A stretch of 64,000 nt of DNA from an uncultured delta proteobacterium (GCA_963771465.1 CAVYTU010000001.1:59279-123278), one strand, 5' to 3'. Shown: positions 48,974-60,624, counted from the stretch's first letter. The notes: generated by a model not told the origin, from the sequence alone. Numbers and translations: made by a program.

Positions 48974-51900
48974 ATGTCCAGCCATGTTTTTTCCCGGCAA
49001 ACGTTCGCGAGGAAACCTTTTGCTTTCCTCTCGCAGTGCTTCTCAAAACTAGTATTTACTGCAATTGCAGCGTTTTTGATGGTTTCGACGGCTCAGGCCG
49101 CCGGTCCTCTAACCGTCAGCCCCGCTAACCCGCGTTATTTCTTTGATTCGAGCGGAGCGCCCGTCTATCTCGCCGGAACTTACGTAGGGCAAGATGCGAT
49201 TCAGCCCGGTACAGACGATTTCACTACTTATCTCGATTTTCTTCAGCAGCAAAAACACAATTTTACGCGGCTCTGGGCTTGGGACCAGACACCCGAGTCG
49301 GCGAAAATCCCACGATTGATTCTGCCTTATGAGCGGACTGGCTCGGGTCTGGCACTTGACGGCGGCTCCAAGTTTGATTTGCGTCGATTGAATCAAACGT
49401 ATTTTGACCAATTGCGCGCTCGGGTTTTGCAAGCGCAGCAACGCGGAATTTACGTCTCCGTGGTTTTATTTCAGAGTCTGAACGGTTCTTCGAATAAGAA
49501 AAAAAGCGATCTCTGGTCCGCACACCCCTTCAATCGCGACAACAATATTACTGGGATGAACGGAGACGCCAATGGTGACGGTATAGGAAACGAAATATTC
49601 ACGGCGGCGATTCCCGCCGTGACGTCATTGCAGGAAACTTACATCCGCAAGGTCGTCGACACACTGAATGATTTGGACAACGTGCTTTACGAAATCAACG
49701 GCGACGGGCCGCTTGGCAATGCAGCATGGCAATATTACGTCATCAACTATCTCAAAAATTACCAGGCGACCAAGTTGAAGCAGCATCCAGTGGGCATCGG
49801 TCATCTGTCGGGCTCCGATAGTGATACCGCATTCAATAGCCCCGCCGATTGGATCGCCTTTTACAGTACCGACCTGAACCCGCCGTTGGCGCTTGGAAAA
49901 AAAGTTCTCGTTCTGGAAACGAATCCCAGCCTTTTAGGTGACCGATTATCGCATCAGTCGATCTGGAAAAGTTTTGCGCGCGGATTCAACATTATCGATA
50001 GGGAGCCGGACTCGCTCACGCCGGGAGTCAATGAGAATCTGCATGCGGCAATAACTCAGTCTCTTGCCTATTCTGAAATTATTAATCTTTCCGCCGTGAC
50101 GCCAAACGACGTTGTGTGCTCGACCGGATACTGCTTGATGAATCCTGGGACGGAATATCTCAGCTACTTGCCTGTAGGCGGCAGCGTGGTCGTAGACCTC
50201 TCCGGCACTGGGCAAAGATTTCTTGTTAACTGGTTTAATCCGATCAGCGGTGAAACGGTGGCTGCAGCCAGCACCGTTGGCGGGAGCCAGGTAACACTCA
50301 AATCTCCGTTCACCGGAGAGAGTGTGCTCTATCTGTTGATGCAACCTCAAACGCAGAGCCAAAGCGTGACCTCGTCTAAACCGAGCGGCATCTCAAGCAG
50401 CGCTACGGCTCAGTCGAGTCCCAATCCGACGGCGTCATCGTCAACCGTCAGCACGCCGACGATAACGCCCAATGGCGGTTCCTTTACCGGCTCAGTGACT
50501 GTGTCCCTAGCGGACGCAACAGCGGGTGCGAAAATCTATTACACCGTGGATGGATCGACCCCAACACAGTCGTCGAGCCAATACTCATCGCCAGTGACCA
50601 TCTCAAGCAACGTGCTGCTCAAAGCCATGGCTTTCAAGAACAAGCTAAACCCTAGTGCGGTATCTAGCGCATGGTTTGCCAAGACAAGCGATTTCGATTT
50701 TACGCTCAGCAACTCCAGCAGTGTTTCAGTCATAGCCGGATCTTCAGTTAGCAACACGATTAGCGCAACATTGGCTAATGGCAACAGTCAACCGGTGTTA
50801 TTCACGGTGTCGGGATTGCCATCGGGCGCGACCGGAACTTTTTCCGCGAGTTCATGCAACCCGACTTGCTCTTCAACGCTCGCCATTAGCACGGCTGGTG
50901 CGACCCCGGCGGGAAGCTCGACGGTCACAGTCAGCGCCAGCGGCGGCGGCGTCACCAAAACTAAAACTTTCACCCTGACGGTTAGCGCGCCGGTGGCACT
51001 TACCGTGGCATCGCCGACGATTTCACCCACCGGGGGAAGCTTTACAAATTCGGTCGCCGTGACAATGGCAACGGCGACTTCCGGGGCATCAATCTATTAC
51101 ACCACCGACGGCTCCAGCCCGACTCAGTCATCGAAACTTTATACCGGAGCGATGACCTCTGACAACCAGCGCGGTCGTGAAAGCCAAGGGTTTCAAGAGT
51201 GGGTATAACCCGAGCGCAGAGGTTAGCGCGTCGTTCACATCTGATCTCGTCGCCTATTGGAAATTTGACGAGGGGACTGGAACAACAGCTGCCGATTCCT
51301 CGGGAAATGGAAATACCGGAACATTGGCGAATGGATCCTCAGTGGACAACTGGAATTGCCGGCAAAGCATTATACTTCGATGGCATTGACGACAATGTAA
51401 CTGTGTCTGATTCGGGCTCGCTAAATCTGTCCACTTCATTCACTCTTTCAGCTTGGGTAAATACGATCATTGCCCCAAATACCTTCACTGCTGCGATCTC
51501 AAAAAATTCGGCTTCAGACCATGTGTATTTTCTTTATGCAACTACCGGGTCTGGTTATTGCGGCAATGCCGGCGCCCCGCTCGCGGGTGCGAATCTGATA
51601 GGAATACAGCAAGCGATTTGCGATACTTCCGCTCTACCTCAAAATACATGGAAGCATCTAACTTCTACCTACGACGGATCAAACTTGAAACTGTACGTAA
51701 ATGGGTTACTGAGTCAGAGTATTCCTGTGAGCGGAACAATTGACTCTGGCACGGGCCCGCTCCAGATAGGCGCAAGCTATTTTGGAGAATATTTCAACGG
51801 ACTCATTGATGAAGTGCGCATTTACAGCAGAGCATTAAGCGCCGTCGAAATTCAAGCGGTTTATCAGCAAAATGCTTTCGTATCGACTGTAGCGGCACCG

Positions 51901-53808
51901 GTCATCTCTCCCAGCGGCGGGAGCTATAGTGGTTATGTCCAGGTGTCGATGCAAACGGCGACTTCGGGGGCTTCAATTTATTACACGACCGATGACTCGC
52001 CGCCATCACAGTCCGCGACGCTCTACACTGGACCGATAACCATGAGGAGCAGTGCGATGATGAAAACGAAAGCGTTCAAGAACAGTTACAATGCGAGTCC
52101 CGAGGTTAATGCTTCGTTCACTGTGACACAGCCCTTCGATTTCTCGATCTCGAATTCTGGCAGCAGCTCACTTATAGCAGGATCTTCGATTAGCAACTCC
52201 ATCAATGCGACCTTGGTATCGGGGGTCGGACAGCCAATCTCATACTCGGTTTCTGGACTTCCTTCCGGCGCTACGGCCTCTTTCTCCTCGCCTTCTTGCA
52301 GTCCTAGTTGCACGACGGTATTAACTGTTAGTACCAACGAGTCTACGGCCAGCGGCAGTTTTCCGGTAGCTGTCAGCGCCGGCGGAGGCGGTGTGACACG
52401 GACAACATCGTTTATACTTAACGTTAGCGCGGCCGTCGTATTAACTGTGGCGACACCTACAATAACTCCCAACGGCGGTAACTTTGCAGACTCCGTCTCG
52501 GTAAGCATTCAGTCAGCAACCTCAGGCGCTTCAATTCACTACACAACCGATGGATCGACTCCCACACTCTCGTCGGCCCCATATATAGAACCTATGATGC
52601 TCACCGGCAGTGCGACGCTCAAGGCCACCGCTTTCAAGAGTGGCTACACTCAGAGCGCGATGGCATCTGCTTCGTTTACAAAGACAGCGTCTTCGGTAAT
52701 CTATTTTGTCGGCAAAAATGGTAGCGACTCGTATAGCTGCACGCAGGCAAGAAGCTCAAGTACACCCAAGTTGACCATCGCCGCCGGAATGGCCTGTATT
52801 GGAATTTCGCCCGGTGCGGGTGCCGGTAAGATTGTCGAGATTGCGGCCGGAACTTACGCTGAGTCGATTACAAATAATCTTCCAAGCGGTACCTCTTGGA
52901 GCGCGCCATTCACCTTGCGGGCTCGATCGGGTGATGTCGTCACAATTCGAGCAAATGCACAATCAAACGTTTACATTTACCTTCCGACTAGCCTCGCTTT
53001 CTTTTCAATTATTCAGGGATTCATATTCGACGGGATCAATCTCACGGGGACTCAGATGTTTTTTGGCAGTTGCTGTGACGCCCCATCATCGATACGCGTA
53101 ATTGGCAATGAGCTTATCAATACGAATCGCGAAAACGCGATTTACATTGGCTCGCAATCAATGGATATCCAGATAATCAACAATAAAATCCACGGCGGCT
53201 CGTTTACTACGACGTCCAATGGCATTGGACGCAACCACGCAATTTATCTCACTGGAAGCAACTCCCTGATTGAAGGCAACGAACTGTACGACCTTCCGGC
53301 ATATGGCATACATCAGTACAGCGAGCACACGCCACTTCCGAGCAACAACGTAGTAAGAAGAAACAAAGTGCACGATTTCGCTAAACAGGCCTGTTGTGCC
53401 GCCGGCATTCTCCTCACTTCTGGCCCCGGAAGTACGGCTTATAACAATTTGGTATATAACGGTGCGGTTGGAATAGTTGTTGGCGCCTCGACAACCGCGT
53501 ACAATAATACCGTGTATAACCAGAGCTATGTTGGAATTGATGCCGCAAAGGGAACTAATTCCGTCGTAAGAAACAACATCGCCTATCAAAACAGTAATAA
53601 TATGTGGACAACTGCCTCAGGAGTTTTCTCAAATAATCTCACTGTGGACCCCAAATTCATGAATGCCGCAGGAGGCGACTTTCGTCTGCAATCAACAAGC
53701 TCAGCAATTGACGGCGGCGCAGCGCTGAGCGAGGTCGTAGATGATATTGTTGGAACAAAGCGCCCAATGGGTCGCGCCTATGACATCGGAGCGCACGAGT
53801 CACAATGA
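48974..53808 (+). CDS. Large secreted multidomain protein (~1,610 aa after removing two +1 frameshifts): signal peptide, GH-like barrel + collagen-binding-like domain, 4 chitobiase/FN3-associated repeats, 2 Ig-like repeats, LamG, right-handed beta-helix
   Basis: AQA|AGPLTVSPANPRYF; PTITPNGG..IYYT.DGS.P repeated four times; FDF.(L/I)SNS..(V/L)IAGSS..N twice; AYWKFDEGTG...FNGLIDEVRIYSRALS; YNN repeats; C-terminal RP.G.AYDIGAHE. Shifts at ~51158 and ~51336. The span is 4835 nt = 3n+2. Confidence 0.85.
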
Positions 53809-53895
53809 TGGGTAGGACGACCGCGCGATCTTTCACCACCTGCAAGTTACCACCCGATCTATTCGATGGACATGCTCAGAAGAGGCACTAGTCCG

Positions 53896-55776
53896 TTACG
53901 TTGAAAGATACCGCTCGAAGCGTCTGGCCCAGATTTCCAGTGCAACGGGAGCAAAAATGTCCTTGAATCCGAGCGGGCTACCGTTAGACGGTTGCCGTAG
54001 ATAAGCTTCGTATCGCTTTTTAAAATTCACGCGATCAATCAGAGAGAGCCGCTCAGTTATCAAGTCACCTTTAAGCAGCGTCTGGATCTGCGGCCGCAGC
54101 TCGGACCTAAACCATTCGTTTTGCGGCACGATGAACGACTGTTTGTCCGTACGCCAAGTAATTTTCTTGGGCAGCAACGGCTCCATAGCGCGTCGTAGAA
54201 TCCACTTAGTCCAGCCTTCTCTTAGCTTGTATTTTACAGGCAGAGGAACCAACAAGCTGACCAGCCGATAGTCCAGGAACGGCAGCCGTATTTCTCGGCC
54301 CGCGGACATTGACATCCTATCCTCATAGTGAACTAGCGCGGGAATCGATAGGGCCTCCAGATCATCTATCTGCCGCTGGATCAAACTTTGTCCATTTAGC
54401 CCAACTGGGACAGCTCCATTAAGTCCCAGAAGTCCTGGGCCACGAATATCAATCTCCGGTATCCGCAACCAACGTGGAAGATACCGTTTCGTCTCTCGGT
54501 AATCGATCTGTGACAATACTGAGCCCGTTGAAAGAAACGACCTGATCACTTGAGTCGCCAATAGCCATTGCCCCGATGAGACTAGTTCCTGTAGATAGAA
54601 AAAGAGATACTTTCTGTAACCACATAAGATCTCGTCGGCACCCTGTCCGCTGAGGAGAACAGTTATACCTGAATCTCGCGCATGATTCATGAGCAAAAAA
54701 TGTGCAATAGTAGAGAAGCTTCCTACAGGTTCGTCGTTATACCAGCTCGCCTCACCTAACAGATTGAGTGCTTTCGACGGAGGATAATCCAGCACAACCT
54801 TGTCAACCTTGCGCTTAAGATGATTTGCGAGTGCATCTATGAATGGCTGCTCGTCATTCCCATATTGCCCCACAGCCGAAAACAACTTGATGTCATTCCG
54901 GTGGGGGGTTAGGTAGTGCACGGCTGCAGCAATCGAAGATGAATCCATTCCACCTGACAAGAGCACCCCTACGGGCACGTCGCTTCTGAGTCTGATCTTA
55001 ACCGAATCGATAAACGTGGATCGAAAAAGTTCGATCAAGTCATCTTCGTTCGAGCAGGTGAGCGGAGTCGTAGGTACTTCCCAATAACGACCCAACCGGA
55101 GTGCTTTTTTGCTTGGCTCATTCAAAGAAAAGACTGCCCAATGTCCCGCCGGAAATTCTTCTATGCCTTGAAAAAATGTTTTTCTGCCGGTGCAGAGGAG
55201 ATTCTGACGAAGAAAAGCATTAGCTACACTGTAAGTCACCGAGAATTTTTTACCCGTGCTCTCGAGAATTGCTTTAATCTCGGACGAAATGTAAAAGCCC
55301 TGATTGTCTGCATAGGTGTAAAGAGGCTTAATACCAAACCGGTCACGTGACACAGTTAGCTCTCTGGTTTCTCGGTCGAGAATTGCCAATGCCCACATCC
55401 CATTAAAACGGGCGAATGCCTCCGAACCCCACCTAATTAACGCCTCCAGTACGACCTCGGTATCACTCTGGGTCCTGAATACCGCACCGGCCGTGGCCAA
55501 CTCCGAACGAAGTTCAACATAATTATAAATCTCGCCGTTGAATACGAGTACGAACCGGCCATCTTTCGAAATCATCGGCTGATTCGCGTCGTCCGATAGA
55601 TCGAGAATCTTCAACCGATTGAGTCCAAGACCTATAGAAACGTCAGAGATAGTATCATACCACGCGCCCCAATTATCGGGCCCTCGGTGGCGCTGCACCC
55701 GAAGCATCTCTTCGAGACAGTTCCGAACCCGATCAGGTCCAAAAGTAACGCTAAATAAGACGGCCAATCCGCACAT
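53896..55776 (-). CDS. asnB: Asparagine-synthase-like glutamine amidotransferase
   Basis: MCG N-terminal nucleophile (start 55776), HRGPD, RLKILDL, NGEIYN, SDTEV, LSGGMDSS, SGQGADE, EIRLPFLD. Confidence 0.93.
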   Translation of the reverse strand: MCGLAVLFSVTFGPDRVRNCLEEMLRVQRHRGPDNWGAWYDTISDVSIGLGLNRLKILDLSDDANQPMISKDGRFVLVFNGEIYNYVELRSELATAGAVFRTQSDTEVVLEALIRWGSEAFARFNGMWALAILDRETRELTVSRDRFGIKPLYTYADNQGFYISSEIKAILESTGKKFSVTYSVANAFLRQNLLCTGRKTFFQGIEEFPAGHWAVFSLNEPSKKALRLGRYWEVPTTPLTCSNEDDLIELFRSTFIDSVKIRLRSDVPVGVLLSGGMDSSSIAAAVHYLTPHRNDIKLFSAVGQYGNDEQPFIDALANHLKRKVDKVVLDYPPSKALNLLGEASWYNDEPVGSFSTIAHFLLMNHARDSGITVLLSGQGADEILCGYRKYLFFYLQELVSSGQWLLATQVIRSFLSTGSVLSQIDYRETKRYLPRWLRIPEIDIRGPGLLGLNGAVPVGLNGQSLIQRQIDDLEALSIPALVHYEDRMSMSAGREIRLPFLDYRLVSLLVPLPVKYKLREGWTKWILRRAMEPLLPKKITWRTDKQSFIVPQNEWFRSELRPQIQTLLKGDLITERLSLIDRVNFKKRYEAYLRQPSNGSPLGFKDIFAPVALEIWARRFERYLST

Positions 55777-55947
55777 ACAGGGTCTCGCAAAAAGCCTTCG
55801 CGATGAATTCTCCCCTGAGAGTCGATTCACACGTCGGGAGTTGCAGTCGCGCTTCAAACATTTATTTTGATCTGATTCGGGATGTCCGTAAGTTTGCAGG
55901 TCCGGCATCATCTATACTTTGAGAATGGAACCTCACATCAATTGCTG

Positions 55948-56994
55948 CTAGAGGCTTTGCTTTATTCGAGGACGATCAACCTGCATCGTTCTTTGCCCTT
56001 GCCGCGACGAAAGAACTTCGTCGTAAAACTCCTTCAATTTAACGGCTATCCTTTCCAAGGAAAGATCCTCAACTTTACACCGGCTATCCACTCGGCCAGA
56101 TCCACGACTGACCAATTGTAACTTCCGAGCAAGGTCGTTGGGCTCTGCATCGGCGATGTGGCATCCGGAAACCCCGCGCAGACGCTCGCTTACATCACCC
56201 ACGTCCACTGACACCACTGGAATGTTGCAGGCAAGTGCTTCCTTAATGATATTGGGTGAGCCCTCGTGCAACGATGTGAGAAGGACAACATCGCTAGCGT
56301 TGAGCCATATAGGAACCTGGGGATGGGGCACGCCTCGGAGCTGATGCAGCTCGATACTGAGCCCGTTACTCTCGGCTATATTTACAGCGGCGCGTGCTAG
56401 CTCTGGCCGCTTGCGAGGATCGCCTGTGTTTGCAGGAAAAAGCACGTTTAGACATTCAGGGCGCCATCCGAGTCGACTGCGAGCTACCCCAGGGTCCATC
56501 GGCTTAAAGCGTTCAAGATCAACACCATTGGGAATAATTCGGATTTTTGAATCGGGCACTTCCTCCGGCAACGCATCTCGTAAGTTTTTAGATTTAACGA
56601 CGATTCCATCGGCTCTTTTTGCCGCCCTATAAGACGCCAAAACACCGTACTGGGAAATAATTCTTCTCACAGGACCCGAAAGCAACTCTCCTAGAAGGTC
56701 ATCTCCACAAAAAGACACGACTGTCGGCACATCCTCCGCCGCACGGGTCACCATCTCTGCCATGACTCCTCCATAAAGTGAGTGGATTATGTCAGGCGCG
56801 CAGCGCGCTTTAGCGGCACGGACCTGCCGAGCGACGCCAAAGTATACGGCCATTCCCTTTGAGATCCGGTCGATAACACTTACTTCAACGCTGAGACCTA
56901 TCCGTTTGAGGCCCCTAATCTGCTGTTCCACAAATGTGCCGTGTGTAGGATGTTCGGAGGTCGGATACATGTTCGTAATAGCGAGGATACGCAT
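55948..56994 (-). CDS. GT4 glycosyltransferase (TuaC-like)
   Basis: TNMYP...GTFVEQQ, IPNGVD, TSLHEGSPNIIKEALACNIPVV. Confidence 0.92.
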   Translation of the reverse strand: MRILAITNMYPTSEHPTHGTFVEQQIRGLKRIGLSVEVSVIDRISKGMAVYFGVARQVRAAKARCAPDIIHSLYGGVMAEMVTRAAEDVPTVVSFCGDDLLGELLSGPVRRIISQYGVLASYRAAKRADGIVVKSKNLRDALPEEVPDSKIRIIPNGVDLERFKPMDPGVARSRLGWRPECLNVLFPANTGDPRKRPELARAAVNIAESNGLSIELHQLRGVPHPQVPIWLNASDVVLLTSLHEGSPNIIKEALACNIPVVSVDVGDVSERLRGVSGCHIADAEPNDLARKLQLVSRGSGRVDSRCKVEDLSLERIAVKLKEFYDEVLSSRQGQRTMQVDRPRIKQSL

Positions 56995-57056
56995 GGGGAC
57001 TCGATTTCACCTCGAGCTGTAAATACCGAGGACTATAGCAATTCGATTGAATATGT

Positions 57057-57995
57057 TCAGCGGTTACGAGTTGGTCGAGGCTTTCGCAGCACGACAATGG
57101 CGCCGCGAGTTTTGGCATCTTCGGACCCAAGGGTTCTGAACCGCTCCGACAAAAAGTCTTTTTCCAATCCATTCTCGCTATAAACTCGTTCCACAGCTAC
57201 GAGATGAAATCCGGCTTTTTGCGCAAGTGCAAGGTGACTACTGAGTGGTTCACGATTTAACAGAAATTCTCTATGGCCTCTCACTAGTTTCCATTCCCGA
57301 TTTGAGTAGGCCCAATGTCCGTTCCAAAAAGGCGATAAATGATGAGCGCTAAAGTCAATCACATGAAAACCCCATCCACCCGGCTTTAGCCACAAAAACA
57401 TCGACCTGTAAACGTGCTCCAGTTCATCGACGTGCTCGAGAACGGCCTGCGAGAAAATCAAATCCAAAGAAGATCGAGCAATCTCTTCCGGTGATGACCA
57501 GGGAGCGCGATAAGTGACGAGTGACCGGGTAGTGAGGCTAGCTTCTATTTCCGCGCGGATACCTTCCACTCGACTCACAAACTTTGTCCATTCAATCAAC
57601 CGCTCGGGAAATTCGTAAGAGCACAATGAGGGCCGAACATGCGGAAATTCCCTATTGTCTGGAATAGGTTCTTTCTTTAAAAACATATCAACCAGGTCAT
57701 CAAATAACGTGGCCAACTCAGCTCGCACGGAAAATGGAAAAATATCCAACCCTACGTATTGACTGGCTCCAGAAAGAAGGGCTGCCAGACCCGCGCCAAT
57801 ACTGTCACCCGGCCCCAATTCGCCAATGCGCATGCCAGCAACCCTGAATCCATACGAATTGAGTCTGACGAGATGGCGAAACCAAACCGAGTAACAATAT
57901 CGAGCGGAATCGGAACCTCCGGTTGTTGCCCGATGCCTGCGCCACGCGTTCAAGACAGGCACAGAGGTTAAAGACCCCTTGATGAGGTGCGGCAC
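57057..57995 (-). CDS. Class I SAM-dependent methyltransferase (start uncertain)
   Basis: ARYCYSVW.RH, ELGPGDSIG, DLIFSQAVLEHV, LKPGG..HVIDF, LNR. Confidence 0.85.
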   Translation of the reverse strand: MPHLIKGSLTSVPVLNAWRRHRATTGGSDSARYCYSVWFRHLVRLNSYGFRVAGMRIGELGPGDSIGAGLAALLSGASQYVGLDIFPFSVRAELATLFDDLVDMFLKKEPIPDNREFPHVRPSLCSYEFPERLIEWTKFVSRVEGIRAEIEASLTTRSLVTYRAPWSSPEEIARSSLDLIFSQAVLEHVDELEHVYRSMFLWLKPGGWGFHVIDFSAHHLSPFWNGHWAYSNREWKLVRGHREFLLNREPLSSHLALAQKAGFHLVAVERVYSENGLEKDFLSERFRTLGSEDAKTRGAIVVLRKPRPTRNR

Positions 57996-58020
57996 TTTCC
58001 AAGTTTGAAGCAATTCTTCC

Positions 58021-59250
58021 TCAGTCCGTTTGCCGGGAAAGACAAGCATTACGGTCCATACCCGTGGATTCAGCCGGTGGTTCGAACGAGTCTTTCCAGC
58101 CAGCAGACCTGTAAGCATTCAACGTGTTGCAAACCAGCCGATCCAGTCCAAATTCTCGTTCAGCTTTCACACGACCAGCTTCTCCCATTCTTCGGCACAA
58201 CTCACCATCCGTTAACAAAGTGGCAACTCGCTCCGATAGCATCGCGTCGTCTTCGCGGTCCACCACAAATCCAGATTTACCGTCTTCAACCAAAAACCGT
58301 ACATCGCCCACGTCCGTGGCCACCACAGCTCGCCCACATGACATTGCTTCCATCACCGCGTTGGGAGTTCCCTCTGCGTCCGCCGTGTGAACAAGCAATG
58401 ATGCAGACGAAAGAACCGAAGGAATATCATCAATGTGACCTCTAAATACGATACGATCAGAGATTTGAAGCCTCCGTACCTTCTCGTCTAACTGGTCACG
58501 TAATGGCCCGCTACCGACGATCTGCACGTCAAAATCAAGCCCGCGCCACTTCAATTCTGCCGCCATTGTCAATAATTTATCCCAGCGCTTAATAGCCACC
58601 AGTGATCCTACGCCCACTATCAGAGCGGACGTTATCGTCGCCGGTATAGGTGTTATGGAAAACCGACGCAAATCGACGCCATTCTGAACGACTAACAACT
58701 GTCTTGGTATAAACCAGCTCTTCGAGCGTAACGCCGAACTTTCACCATCGGAGCTGTTATAAATCTGCGTATTAGGCCAACGCGCGCTCAACTTACCCAG
58801 AAACCAGCCATTGACCTTTTTATCCAAATCAAAAGAGCTGCGCATCGACCCAATCGCAATCACGGAACTTCCTCTGACGCTCCAATAGGCCGCATAATTT
58901 AAATAAAAACTGAAAGAGTGAATTATCTGGGGCCTTAGATTTCGGACCAATCGGCGCAATGCACCTACCTTTGCGCTCGGCGTCCACACGTTCGGTAGCG
59001 CATGTATCGGAACACCAAGTTTGCGGATCTGAGGCACATAGGTTTCTCGCTCACAATAATTCCATACAACCACCGCGGGCCGATAGCGGTCCCTGTCCAT
59101 ATTTTCGAGTAAATAGTAGAGTTGTCGCTCTGAACCACCGCTGTGTAACTGGCCAATCAGATAGAGAAGCCGACAATGTTTCTTTGGTGGTGCAGCGACA
59201 CGCAAGTCATCCGCATGGCACGAAACATATGAATCAAAAGCGAACTTCAT
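58021..59250 (-). CDS. GT4 glycosyltransferase
   Basis: GGSERQL, QNGVD, VGSL..IKR, EGTPNAVMEAMSCG.AVVATDVG. Confidence 0.93.
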   Translation of the reverse strand: MKFAFDSYVSCHADDLRVAAPPKKHCRLLYLIGQLHSGGSERQLYYLLENMDRDRYRPAVVVWNYCERETYVPQIRKLGVPIHALPNVWTPSAKVGALRRLVRNLRPQIIHSFSFYLNYAAYWSVRGSSVIAIGSMRSSFDLDKKVNGWFLGKLSARWPNTQIYNSSDGESSALRSKSWFIPRQLLVVQNGVDLRRFSITPIPATITSALIVGVGSLVAIKRWDKLLTMAAELKWRGLDFDVQIVGSGPLRDQLDEKVRRLQISDRIVFRGHIDDIPSVLSSASLLVHTADAEGTPNAVMEAMSCGRAVVATDVGDVRFLVEDGKSGFVVDREDDAMLSERVATLLTDGELCRRMGEAGRVKAEREFGLDRLVCNTLNAYRSAGWKDSFEPPAESTGMDRNACLSRQTD

Positions 59251-59415
59251 GCGGCAGATTTATAAAATTAAAATAGGGAGCAGTCGAATTGATTTGATCG
59301 GGAGGAGGTGTCTAAACAGTTATTCCAGCGAATTGGATCGACGATTTGGACTGATGTCAAGATTTACGGCAGCCCCATACACAAAAGCACCGTACCGAAA
59401 ACCCAATATCTATTT

Positions 59416-60624
59416 TTAGTTACGTATAGTCCGCTGGGGATTAAAAACGCGTGGCTGTCCACGTCGTGTTATGATAGCGTTACGCCGCGAACCATGCTCT
59501 TGTCGCGGCAATAGATTTCTCCACGCGGGACTTAGAAAAGTTGACTGCGGACTTCTCGCCATGCTCGCACTCGCCACCAAGGAAACTATTAGGAGACCGC
59601 TCAACGACATGAAACCCGTATCGCCCAACAATAGTGATGGCCATATAAACGCTAAGTAGGGCACCGAGGGGTCATTCAACCCCGCGGAGTGTGAAACCGC
59701 GGTTCGCCAACTTACCCTGATCCAAAAAACCGCAAACCAGAGCATGGAAAGTATCCCGGATGAGAGCGCAAGAAATAAGAAACTATTGTGTGGGTAAGCA
59801 AACTTATTGGGTCCCAATGCGATCAGCGCCTGGGACTTGCCTTCGCCAAAAAACGGCGCATCCCAAATCCGCTCGATTGCTTCCGGCCACAAAATCTCGC
59901 GACCGGTATGCTCCAAGCCGCGTTCGCTGTAGCTCGAGATTGCGCCATCGAACACGCCGGCGAAAGAAATGACCGCGGCAAAAAGCGTGACCATGAGTAG
60001 CGGCAGGAAAGCACGCTTAAGCAACTTACGAAACGCTAAAATCAAGCCGAGCGCGGTTGCCAATAACGGTCCTCGCTCTACCGAAAGCGTGACAAGAAAC
60101 AAACACATAACCATCAGGCCCCAGGCGCCAATTTTAAAAGGCGTCCGTCTGCTCTCAATGCCGAATATCGCAAAGAAAATCGCGGAGAAGCCGAACCACT
60201 CCGCGAAACCTGCAGGATGGTTTAATCCTCCCTGCACAGCTGTGTCAATACGCGCCATCTCAACGGCGGCAGAATTGAAAGCAAGAAACGGCAGAGTTGC
60301 CACCCCAATAATGAAGAGGAAAAGTGGGAAACGAATGTGAAATCCCGGTCTCAGCGTAAGCGACTGCACGATCATCAATCCCATCATCCACGTTATGAAT
60401 GCGCGAAGGTCCGAATCCAACATGGATTCGCCGTGGACGCCGACCTGTATGACGATGTACGATATTCCGCAGGCCAGCAACAAGGTAATCGGCGCAAATA
60501 CTTCTCTCGCGGTCGATCGCACGCGCAGAACGCAAAAGAACCATACGGTGAGTATCAAAATGCCCGCGAGAGCGGGAATCTCAAAACCCAATGCAGGTGC
60601 CAGCACAGAATACACAACTGCCAA
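59416..60624 (-). CDS. O-antigen polymerase/ligase family (Wzy/WaaL-like) membrane protein
   Basis: About 11 TM segments, SVERG, TGREILW, PFFGEG, PHNSFL..SSGI. The frame stays open upstream to ~60738. Confidence 0.85.
   Translation of the reverse strand: MAVVYSVLAPALGFEIPALAGILILTVWFFCVLRVRSTAREVFAPITLLLACGISYIVIQVGVHGESMLDSDLRAFITWMMGLMIVQSLTLRPGFHIRFPLFLFIIGVATLPFLAFNSAAVEMARIDTAVQGGLNHPAGFAEWFGFSAIFFAIFGIESRRTPFKIGAWGLMVMCLFLVTLSVERGPLLATALGLILAFRKLLKRAFLPLLMVTLFAAVISFAGVFDGAISSYSERGLEHTGREILWPEAIERIWDAPFFGEGKSQALIALGPNKFAYPHNSFLFLALSSGILSMLWFAVFWIRVSWRTAVSHSAGLNDPSVPYLAFIWPSLLLGDTGFMSLSGLLIVSLVASASMARSPQSTFLSPAWRNLLPRQEHGSRRNAIITRRGQPRVFNPQRTIRN

Noticed and set aside
50440-52690. DNA repeats that could suggest an array or mobile element
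   Set aside because: They are diverged protein-domain repeats inside one CDS. I saw no CRISPR-like periodicity, transposase or terminal repeats anywhere.
55777-55911. N-terminal extension of AsnB in the ORF track (similar extensions at 44907, 45736, 20173, 58118, 16366)
   Set aside because: Ntn amidotransferases need Cys at position 2 (MCG). The other extensions overlap neighbours or lack an SD.
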